DNA of 64,000 nt from Marsupella aquatica (taxonomy: Eukaryota > Plantae > Marchantiophyta). The notes beneath the pieces are model-generated. The model did no database searches and was not told where the DNA came from. It saw only the letters and a program-made list of their open reading frames with translations. The position numbers were made by a program, and so were the translations under genes. The DNA lies in contig OZ316893.1 in assembly GCA_973895155.1 (NCBI GenBank), positions 682,860 through 746,859 of the forward strand, written 5' to 3'. Shown one piece after another: positions 13,101 through 24,100 of this stretch (within the stretch, counting starts at the first letter, position 1; each line of letters begins with the position of its first letter).

Positions 13101-14787
13101 GCAGTGCATGGGGTGCTTGTTGGAATGTGGCGTGTATTGATTGGAATGCCTCTTGAATTCTTAATGATTTTGGTTAGCATTGATTGGCCGGGGTGGCCGA
13201 GACGTGCATGCCAAAGCGCATGCAATTCGCTTGTGTTGGCATTGTTATGCAGACATTGAATATGAGTTACATAAAACCCGCAAGGATACGAGAAAAGTGT
13301 TTATTTAATGATTTTCCCCGTAGGGGTATTTTCAACCAAGTGGATGACCTCTTGGTCTCTTGTATTGCCTGTTTGGACGTGTAGTCCATTTGCTCGTATA
13401 TCTCTAAAACTGAGGAGATTACGAGTTGCGTTCGGGGTGAAAATGGCAGATTCTATGTGTATTTTGGTACCCTGTGGGAGTCTAATAGAAGCTGGGCCGA
13501 AGCCCTCTTCTATTTGGCTAGGACCATTGATAGTGGTCAGGGACCTACGTGAGGGTGTAATCTTGTGGAAAAGGTGCCTATCCCTGAGGATAGTATGCAT
13601 GGTCGCATTGGCGATAATATGTGTTTGGACTATTTAAATCTGGTGTAGTGGAGCTACTTGCCACTAAGTGTGCCTCGGGTTGGGCGGGTAGGTCTGAAAA
13701 GTCTTGGAATGGGTCACTAGACTCCATAAACGCCCCGTGGGTTTCACGGGGTGGTGGCCTAGAGGTTTGTCCATCCTTGATGGACCGTTGGTATAGTTCT
13801 TTAAGGTGTTGCGGGATTCTACAATTTCTCGCTAGGTGGTTTGTCATGCCACATTCATGGCATTTCGGTCATTCCCGTTGTTGTCGGGATTGTGACCAAT
13901 CATTTCTATGGTTGTTGTTATATGTTCTACCATCGCCGCGTCCTCCACGTCCACCACGTCCTCCTCGTCCTCCGCGTCCTCCACGTCCTTCTCGTCCACC
14001 ACGTCCTCCACGTCCTCTAAAGGTCCGTTGGGAGTTATATTGTGGACGTTGGTTATAGAAACTCCCCTTATTGTGGGTGTTTCTTCGGTTGCCATTCTTA
14101 GTGCGCTTAATGCCTTGCCTCGATGTGGAGAGTTCAGCATTTTCTATGTTATGGGTTTCATTCTATTGTCCTGAGGGCAGTGTGCCCGCAGGTCGCTTTC
14201 TAGAGTTTACTAAAAGAAGTTCTTGGTTTCTTTCAGTGACTAGGAGGTGGGCTATGAGCTCGGAGTATTGCCCGAACTTCATGTTTCGATACTATGTTAA
14301 TAGCCACACATTCGATGAATGAAATGTCGAAGGTCTTCTCTAGCAGATCCTTGTCTGTGACCGGCTCGCCACATAGTGCGAGGGTTGATGTTATTCTAAA
14401 GAGTTCGCTATTGTAGGCTGAAATGGAGGTAAAGTCCTGGACTCGCAGGTTTAGCCAGTCTTGCCTGGCTTTAGGTAGTTCAACCAGTTTTTGGTGATCG
14501 AATCGGGTTTGGAGCGCTGTCCATAGTTCACGAGGGGTTGAGAGGTGCATGTATTGTCTTTGCAGGAATCTATGGATATGGCGTCTAAGGAATACAAGGG
14601 CCTTAGATTCGTTGGCTTTAGTTAACGGGTCTGGTTGGGGTTTGCCAGCTAGTATAGGTTGAGCCATCCCTATAGCTGGGAGTAGGGTTAGCGAGGTAAG
14701 GTTCTCTCTGAGGTTCATTGACCATTCCAGGTAGTTGCTACCATCGATGTCTAGGGCTGGAAATGTTAATTTCTCTAGGTTGGTCAT
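10130..14787 (-). pseudogene. copia gag-pol, fragmented by several frameshifts and stops
   Basis: Pieces in different frames: 14233-14787, 13578-13847, 13301-13600, 11192-13225, 10647-10961, 10216-10548 and 10130-10381. The protease catalytic motif reads IIANATMHTIL, with the Asp lost. Confidence 0.9.
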
Positions 14788-16348
14788 TCGAGTGATGGCT
14801 TGATTCCTTTTAATGGTAGTTGAGGCTTATATACTAGTAAGTATAGTAGGAAACGACAAAACACATTTCTGCGGCATGCAAAGTGGGGCTGGGTGGAGAG
14901 AGCATGCAAATCCGGAATTCAATTGTAGGGTTTGCACTTAGGATTTAGGTTTTCCTTGCTATTTGGTTAACTGCAAATTTTCTTTTGTATTTGCTTTTTC
15001 CTTTGTTAAACTGTGCAGTAATGGAATTGTGCAGTTTTTGCAGTTATGGGTGGTAATATACTCGTGCCTTGGTTAAGTGCACATGCAGCTTTGTAAAGTA
15101 AATTTTTCTTGGTTACGGTGTGCAGTTATGCGGATGTGCGCTTAGGTTTTGCAGTTATGGTTAAGTGCAAATTTGCCTTTGTAACTGAAATCTCTTTGAC
15201 AGAGTTTGCACTTAAAGAGGGTTTTGCGGTTATGTGCGGTTATGGAGCGTGCACTTAGCGGTTGGAGTTTTCTTCGACGTTCTCTCGATGTGTTTGGGCT
15301 GTTCTTGTGCATTTTTTTTGCTTGTGTCCGCTCGCGACCTCTACTCTTGGGCTTCTCCCTTCATTGCCTTCTATCGTTGTTGCCTTATGCCTCTTATTGG
15401 TCTTCTGTCAATTTCGCTTTACAGCATCTTGTGTAGGTCCTCGATCGATGCTGCCCTTCTGCTCCTGATCGATGCTTCCCTTTCGTTTTTCTTTGCCTCT
15501 CCACCTAGGTCCGGTGTCTTTTGTTCGTATCAAAACGCTTGCCTGCCTGGCTGGCACGTTCGATGTTGATCTACTTTTTTGCAGTGAATCACCGCAACAG
15601 CAATTATCCTCTCATTTAACAGCGCGTGACAACCGTAGCCCTCTTAAGGATAGCATGCCGCCCACTCCGTCTCTCTAACAACACTGCTACCATATAACGA
15701 AGGAACGAATAGACTACCGTAGTAATCCATCTGCTTCTCTAAAATTGCTCGTTCTGATGCTTTCCGAGTCTTCCAGATCGTTGTGCGTTGTGTGTGTGTC
15801 ATCGAGTTGATTCCGTGGCTGGGCCCGAAATTCAGAGATTGGCGAGTCAGGGAGAAGTTTTGGTTCTCCTCCGGAAATGCTCCCCCTTGTACGCTGTTTC
15901 GTCTTTTTTCTTTTTCAATGAATTCTATTTCTTTTTCTCCTTCGATCAATTTCACCTACTCTTGACTTCTCGCCTCAATTTGTCGATCCTGTGCGCTGGC
16001 CAAGATCGACTATCTGTTGCGCCTTCATGTTCAGATTCACTAGTTATTGCTTCTCTTTGCTGTTTTGCTCTTCGGATTTCTTCTGTGTCCTTATGGGTTC
16101 TGCTTAATCGTTTTTGTTCTCCTCAATTGGTGATCTCCATAGCCCTTTGAAAAAATTCCGAGCCTCCTTCTTTTGCTTCTGTGTTATCTTCGTTGCGGAA
16201 GGGTCCGAAAGTATTGTCTCGCTTTGCCCAAGTCAATGAGTCTTACTTTCTCCATCGCCAATCATGCTTTGTTCTCCATTCAACATTAAAAATTTCTCAA
16301 TCTTCCATAGTCTTCTCTTCTTTTTTCCTTGCTCCGCTCGTTGAGCTT

Positions 16349-16362
16349 TCGTGCTGATAACG
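16349..16362 (-). promoter_or_regulatory. Primer-binding site complementary to the tRNA-Ile anticodon arm (half-tRNA priming)
   Basis: Minus strand CGTTATCAGCACGA lies directly after the 5' LTR. Plus strand TCGTGCTGATAACG matches the plant tRNA-Ile(AAU) anticodon arm as recalled, with G at the wobble position. Confidence 0.75.
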
Positions 16363-16472
16363 TGTCAAGGTATGAATGAGAATGAGTCAGTGTATAGTCA
16401 TGAATGAGAGTACATATAGGGTAGTCGGATGACCGGCTGGTCCGGTCGTCCGGTCAGAGGTAGAGTCTAACA
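16363..16472 (-). repeat. 5' LTR of the copia element (110 bp)
   Basis: Identical to 9709-9818 and followed by TSD AATAT. Confidence 0.95.
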
Positions 16473-19400
16473 AATATTACTACATCATCTATATGCAATC
16501 TTTTTCTGTTTAATACATGGACATATGGTAGCAATCTATTGTTAATTTTTAATGTCTACCGGATATCTAACTGACGTTGGTTCAAGTACATGAACATTAC
16601 AATTAAGCCATGACATGTTTTTATGTAAAAGTTATGACTCATATGTGTCAATGGGATATGCAATCCAATTTACATCATAATCACATACAACCAATATCAA
16701 CTTAGCATATTAAGCAGTTTGATACAAAATGATTGTCCAGTACACTCATAGAATTGACGAAGAAATCATGTACTAATACAACTTATGTCAAATACATATA
16801 CACCTCAGTTTCGTGATGTATTGCACTAACCGTACTGAGTCAAAATCACAAACTTCCTGGCTAGCTAGTACGTACTAGTCTCGCTTGATATTTTGTTACC
16901 AAAACTGGAGGTATGAAAGACTTAGGTCTGGTATGCCAAGAACCCAAACAACTTGAGCAATTATTGCACTAAATAATAGCAACTATGAGATTTTAATACA
17001 AGGTCCCGTCACTTTAAACAGTGGTCGTACAAAATATAGCATTTTCTATTCCAAAGGAAATCAGGAAAGCAAAGCTAGAAGGGGTAATGAAAAACAAGCA
17101 AAGCTAGAAAAGGTAATGAAAAATAAGTCATGGCAAAGAGTGGAGGGGGAAGAATCCTTCTTATCCTACACAAAAACATCTTTTGTGCAATGTTATCTTT
17201 TACGCATCAACATCTTTTGCACAACATCATCTTTCCCGTAAATGACATGTTTTATTTAACTAAATCTTTTGTGCAACAAAGTCTTTTACTAAACGACATC
17301 GTTGACTAAATGACATCCTTTGGGAAACAGTATCTTTTACTTAATGAAAGCCACCGGAAATCTCCTTGGATGTCTGTAGAGATTCTGGTGTCTAGGAGAA
17401 GGAATAGTGAGAATGAAGTAGATTACTTCATCAATTATCAATCACTGATAACTCATATAAGCGACTGATATGAGTATCAATTTTTCTGCCCTTAGTTTTT
17501 TTTAATCTTAGGTGAGTAGTTGAGATAGGCCTCTGCACCTTTTTCCATCTTAACTGGGCAGTTGAGATTGGCCCAATCTTAGCTGACCTCGCCAAGATGG
17601 GCGTGTAGACGGAAAAAAATAAAAATAGAATTCCCCCCAAAATACAGGTTTGTACCATACGGACGCAGCTAATCTCAGCGATGGGCGTCTGTACGGTATG
17701 GGCAGCCCATAGTGAAAAAATTATTAAAAAAACAATTTCTCTCAGATTTTCATTTTTTTCATTTTTTGCTTGCTGCAACTTGGCAGTCTCTCTGAGATGA
17801 TGTGACAACTGATATTAGGTAAACTGATGGAGATGACTGATAACTGATGAGATAATTATACTCAGTGAGAAGGCGGGACTGTTAAACCCTGATCTGTCAC
17901 TCAAATTTTCTTGCAAAAACCTTCATCTGTCACTTGGAATTCAACTGAACAATCAGTCTTGTCCAAGGTATACCCCCCTCACTGGCACAAGGCATGGTGA
18001 CCTGGGTGAACGGGTGACCCCTATCATGTGGCCTGCTACAACAGGTCAACCTCTCAAACTCACACATAATAAAGCAACTTAACACACTTGCAACCCTATA
18101 TATTGCAACATGGGGTGACAATTTTTTTAACAACTTTGTCGTCTAAGTAGTTTTTATATAGAGGTTGTCTTCTACATATAATTTTTTTCTGTCTAGGGAC
18201 GTTGTTAAACAGCAGCCTTGCCTACACTATTGATTTTACAATAGGGGGATCCCTAGATTCTACTCAATTGTTCATCACTTAGGAAAATTTTATCCACATG
18301 TATATAAGAATCATCAGAATGCAGCTGAGACTGAAACTACATGGAAATTTGAACCACATGTTTTCACTTCTTGGTAGCTAATTTTTTCTTGTTCATAAAT
18401 ATTTGCCAAGGTGGTGACTACTTTAGTGTATGAACAGGCATAGGCATGGTAGTGAAGTACTTTCTGTCAATTATACATAGTAGTACTTTCTGACTATTTT
18501 ACAGTACTTACTGGCTAATACTCCCCATAGTGCATTGTGTGGTGGCAAATGGAACATAATTATTTTAAATTTTAGCCTGAGTATCATTAGCTTGCGTGGG
18601 TTTAAGGTAAGTGATAATTTTTTGCCCACAAGAAAATTGCTGCGGGGGAGGCGGGGAGGCAGGGAGGGAGCTGCAAGGGAGGGAGTATGGGAGGAGGGAA
18701 CGGGATGAGAAAAAAAAGAAAAACTTACTTGCCTCCTTCACCAAAGAAACTCAAAGCCAGTGTTGCTTCACCAAATTAACTCAAAGTTTGTTGCTAGGCT
18801 TGCAGGACCCTAAGTATTGACTTATTGCCAGGGCCCACAAGGACTGGCGAGATGTCCATTGGGTTAAACTTGCCTACTGGATTGTCCAAATGTAACCAGT
18901 ATCTCCCATGTACATCAGCAGACTTAAAAACTTTGAAGTATAAGACAACCCTGACAGGTTACTAGTATAGGGTCACAAAATCAGAAGTATCATCCAATCT
19001 TACAAGATCATCTGGACCTTTGGATTTGACGTTGAATGTGAGGGTCCCCAGTCAATACATGCAATTGTTTGCAGCACCATGATTCGACATCGTGACTTTT
19101 CAGTTACTTTGTATGGCTTTCGTCACCAATGTTTTGAATGGATTGCCATGGGGATAGTTACAAGTAGTCCTCCTGTAATCGATCTTACTTGTAATTAGCA
19201 ATGAAAAGCTACTTTTAAGGCCTATTGTCTACATCTACAATGTAGCCTCTAGACCTTTACACTAACTCAAGGCATAAGTGAAAGTGAAGACAAAACACAA
19301 AACACAAAAGAGGGGGGAGGGGGGAGAGATGAAGGAGACCAGTGAAGCCTCTAGACCCTTACTCTGGGCAGAAGTGATTGAAAGTTTTTACAAAAAACAA

Positions 19401-19579
19401 ACGAAGGAAGAGACATGAAGGAAACCAGCACTCTAACTAAGGGCATAATTGAAAGTGAGAGTGTAAACAAAATAACAGAGAGTGGGGAGAGATGAACAGC
19501 CAAGAATCTTTTGTTTGCAAGGCACTTTTTAGTGCTCACCTCTGTTCCCTGACCTTGAAGGCTTGAACAGGTAAGCAGG

Positions 19580-21196
19580 CTAGTCTAGTCTTGAGACAAT
19601 TGAAGACTTGGGAAGATGAATTGTCTCAGACAACCACGGGATTTTAGTTTGATGTTGAGTTAGGTGTTCCCCGAGTGTTGCAGATAATTGTGGCTACTGA
19701 GAATCGTTAGGAAATCACCTTGCAGTCAGATCTCTTCGTTTACCTCCCCCCAATTAGATCAGCGGTAACAGTGTTTTGAGGAAACTGTTGTAAGACGGGA
19801 GGCAATCAATCCCCGGTTAAATCGCAGTTTGCTCGGCACACTAAGCTGGGCTCAGTCCAACTGAATTCCAACTGACAGATCAAGGTTTGTGCGAGAAAAT
19901 TCGAGTGACAGATCAGGGTTTTACAGTGTTGCCTCCCACGGATTCTCCTCCTCGCCACCAAGATCTCTACATGAATCCAAGGAGATCCCCGGTGGCTATC
20001 CCGAATTCCGGGCTGTCACAAGCTAACAATGCTTGTCGCATTTGCAATCTGCTACGAATTACTCGTCGTGGCTCATTAATGTTGCTTTAGTTGCTTTTCG
20101 GGGAGCTGGTACCGAGCTGTGTGTAGCTGCATGCTGACGAATGCAGCGATTCATGTGAAGTTCGCGTTACCACTTTTACACAACCTCTCGCGATCTCTTT
20201 TGGGCAGAGAACTCCTAGTAAGGCCCGAGCTATACTCGATGTTCTTCTGCGTTTCAACCCTAAATTGCTGGGCAACAATACTTCTCAACTCGTAGTGCCC
20301 AAGGAAGCGGGACAGAATCTCTTTTTCAGCCCGCTAGATTTTTTTCGTCTCCCGATCCTGGTTCAAGTCCTGCTCAATTCTTGGATGATGTGTCCTGCTG
20401 CCTGCATTTATGTGCATTTGCCTTGTATTTTCAAACATGTCAAACGTTAAGATATCCCCGTTTAGGAGCTTATTTTATTGCCCATCACAGTCTAGTTCAA
20501 TTTTGTGCCCACTTGCTTCACTTTGTTCTTCTGAATGAATTGTCGGGCCTGCGTAATTGGCTACTTACGCTTCCTGCGTATTACTTGTACACAAGTTTTT
20601 CTTTGAAGAAATCTCGTCGATTTTTTTCGTTCGGCATGCAAGACAATTCGGTTGAAGAGGGTTCTTTTTTGGAGGGCGATAAACAAGAACACTTGCGGCA
20701 AAGTTTGTCAAAGGGCAATATGCAGGTATGGCGGTGGTTTAGGGTTTCCCAAAGCATGGCTTTAGAAATTCTCATACTTTTTCCTCTCAAACCAGGTGAT
20801 TCTCAAGTTTGGATGGCAAGTTTGGATGGCAAAGCTGGGATAATCTACACAGAGTACAGCAATTCTTCATTATTAATGCAGGAGGAAGTACTCCTAGAGA
20901 AGATCCTGCTACTGGTATGCTTCTCGGGGTACCTCCGACTCTTACGTTGAGCTGAGATTCCTCTGCTCGGGTAAGGTGTCCCCACAGAGCCATCGCCTAG
21001 GGAATTATCTTTCCTTAGTCCAAGGGGAAGGAAAGATAAGATTCCTTAGTCCAAGGGGAAGGAAAGATAAGACTTGAATTTTGAGGGCTCTGCAAGATTG
21101 CACTACTGATTTGAACGTTTGTCAAACAGGTAAGATCATATTTCTCACGACTGTACCATTAATCTCTATTCCCGGCACGGGAACGGAGTTGACTCG
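19580..21196 (+). promoter_or_regulatory. Conserved upstream block (promoter / spliced 5' leader) of PPR copy 1
   Basis: Colinear homologs precede all four PPR copies (e.g. GGAGCTGGTACCGAGCTGT, CACCAAGATCTCTACATGAAT, TGAGCTGAGATTCCTC). It contains conserved splice-like sites but no conserved open frame. Confidence 0.65.
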
Positions 21197-24100
21197 ATGG
21201 AAATTCTGGATATGGACCGCTTTATCCAACACTCCACAGCCAGGTATGATTAATTTTGTATGCATTTCATTTTGTTGGATTATGATGTGACCACACGACG
21301 TCGAATCCATTCTCAAGAAAGACGTTTGATTGGCAGAGTACATCCTTCATCTTCCGGTTTGATTGGTGTTGGCGTCAGCAATTGTTCTTTTACAAGGCCT
21401 TCAGGTAATGAGACCGAAGAGCGACTTCAATGTTGTGATTACCTACTTTTGAGCAAAAACCCTTGTTCCGCACCACGGTGTAACACATACAGTTGAATGA
21501 ATTTTCCTGCTATGAGGCTTATGTGACGAAGACGTGACTTGAATTTGAACCTCAAGTTTGATTCCTTTTTCATCTCCTAGACAGCACAGGGAGAAGCGCC
21601 GAGGGGGGGAGGTCTGTCACATTCATGTCACATGTGTCTAATCTCCATGGATTCGATCGAGCCAATTTGAAGAATGCTGGATAGCCTTTATTTCTGAATT
21701 GTAGGACAGGGATGGGGAGCGCTTTCACATTCATGTCATCGGTGTCTAATCGCAGTGGATTCTGTTGAGGCTATCTACAGATTCTGGCTCGGCTTTGTTT
21801 CTGAATTGTAGTCTCTTTACAAATCTTAGTGCCAATTCGATAGGCTCTTGACTCTGTCCTTTCTATGGTAACAGTGAAATACCGCAGTATGAACGAGCTC
21901 AATGATACTTGAGAGCCTTTCCCATTTTTGTTCACTATTCTATTGTAACATCATTGCATTCTTGACAGATAGTTACTCTCAGTGGAAAAGGAGTCATAAA
22001 ACTTTTGCAAGTTATGCGTACCACAGATCACAGCAGAGCAAGGGAAACAAGAAGATACGTCTTTGGACGGAGGTAGGCATGCATCCTAGTCGTAGAACTT
22101 GAGAGACTTACCCGTCGGCTAGTTTTTTCTGAACATTCATTGTAGAAACATCACTCGGAACCATAATCCTCTAAGACATAACTACAATTCATTGCACCTC
22201 GTCGAATCTCCTGGATTTTATCCTGGTACCAGATCTGATCGTGGGTTGTGGTGCTGACAGAGGAAGCCAAGAGCACCTGAGTTCATACATAAGATCACAA
22301 GGAAAGCACTTTTGGTGCATGGATGGTCAACTGCACCATCGGTTAAGGCAAGGGCGAATTTGATTGCTCACTGCAGATTTCAATCTCATGTTACTTGTTG
22401 CACGAGAGATTGGTCTCACGTCACTGCCGAAGGGAATCGCAGTAGCCATATGCATGATGCTGGTACCACGAGTGAAACAATTGCTATTTTGAAAAATCGT
22501 CTACAACGAGGCATTACTCTAGACTCGTACACATTTGTTAAAGTTCTGCACATGTGCTTGCATCAGAACGACCTTTCAGCAGCCAAGCAAATTCATGATT
22601 GCGTCATCGAGAGTAGAATTGATAAGAATCCATACGTGGAAATCACGCTCTTGAATGTGTACATTAAATGCGGAGGATTGTTAGATGCACGTAGAGTGTT
22701 TGATCAACTTCAGAAGAAGAGTGTTATTACTTGGACCAACATGATTGCAGGATATGCTAAGAGTGGTCATGTTCAATCTGCATTCGAACTTTTCAATCAA
22801 ATGCGGCAAGAAGGCGTGCAGCCTAATGAGATCACATATCTCACCATCCTGAAAGGATGTGCCAGCCCATCAGCTCTAACATGCGGAAAAGCAATTCATG
22901 AGTGTATCCGACATGCAGGCTTTGACTCGGACGTGCGTGTAGGGACTGCCCTCGTAATAATGTACACAAAATGTGGGTGCATCACCGAGGCAAGGAAAGT
23001 TTTTGAAAAGTTGACCAATGGAAAGGTCATTACATGGAATGTTATGATTGGAGCATATGCACAACGTGGTAATGGTGTGGAAGCATATCGACTGTTTCTC
23101 CAAATGAGACGGGAAGGTTTAGAACCAAATGCTTTCACTTACGCGAGCATCCTGAAAGCACCTGCAAGTGAGGGGGCTTTGGAATGGGTAAAGGATGTTC
23201 ATGGCCAGGCTAGCAAAGCGGGACTCGAGTCAGATTTGCGTGTAGGTAATGCACTGGTTCACATGTATGCAGAGAGTGGCAGTATAGATGATGCCCGACT
23301 ACTGTTTGACAAAATGAAGGAACGCGATGTAGTGACATGGAACGTTATGATCGGTGGACTTGCAAAACATGGATGTGGGCATGAAGCATATCGACTGTTT
23401 GTCCAAATGACACTTGAAGGCTTCAAACCAAATGCAATTACTTATGTGAGTATCCTGAATGCATCTGCAAGTGCAGGGGCTTTGGAGTGGGTGAAGGAGA
23501 TTCATGGCCATGCTACCAAAGCTGGACTGGACTCAAATTTGCGTGTGGGCAATGCAATGGTTCACATGTATGCAGAGAGCGGCAGTATAGATGACGCCCG
23601 ACTTGTTTTTGACAGAATGCAAAAACGCGATTTAGTGACATGGAATGTAATGATCGGTGGACTTGCACAACATGGATGTGGGCATGAAGCCTATCGGCTG
23701 TTTCTCCAAATGAGGCTTGAAGGTTTACAACCGGATGCATTCACTTACGCGAGCATCCTGAATGCATCTGCAAGTGAGGGGGCTTTGGAATGGGTAAGGG
23801 AGGTTCATGGCGAGGCTATCAAATCGGGAGTAGATTCAGATTTGCGTGTAGGCAATGCACTGGTTCACATGTATGCAGAGACTGGCAGTATAGATGATGC
23901 CAGACTAGTGTTTGACAAAATGGAGAAACGCGATGTAGTGACATGGAATGTAATGATCGGTGGACTTGCACAACATGGATGTGGGCATGAAGGATATCGA
24001 CTGTTTCTCCAAATGAGACGTGAAGGCTTCGAACCAAATGCAATCACGTATGTGAGCATCCTGAATGCAGCTGCATGTGATGGGGCTTTGGAATGGGTGA

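Larger units (their letters stand above)
9709..16472 (-). mobile_element. Full-length Ty1/copia LTR retrotransposon, Bianca-like, coding region disrupted
   Basis: Two identical 110-bp TG...CA LTRs and a 5-bp TSD AATAT (9704-9708, 16473-16477). The minus strand has the copia domain order: gag (14787), CHECGMTNHLARNC knuckle, protease, GAG-pre-integrase WHARLGHPG, integrase, RT (LYGLKQSGR, YVDD) and RNase H (YADAGYLSD...EDNAACI...ADLFTK). Confidence 0.95.

Noticed and set aside
13600-13670. Programmed +1 frameshift (CTTAGT) between copia gag and protease
   Set aside because: CTT is not in the gag frame, a TAA lies in the protease frame after it, and the element has many other lesions, so it cannot be told from decay.
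20381-20950. 189-aa ORF in the upstream block of copy 1
   Set aside because: The frame is not preserved in the three homologous blocks and runs through putative introns.
22312-22314. ORF-track start of PPR copy 1 at TTG
   Set aside because: Non-ATG start. The frame is open back to a conserved splice acceptor at 22260, so the real start is probably upstream at 21197.
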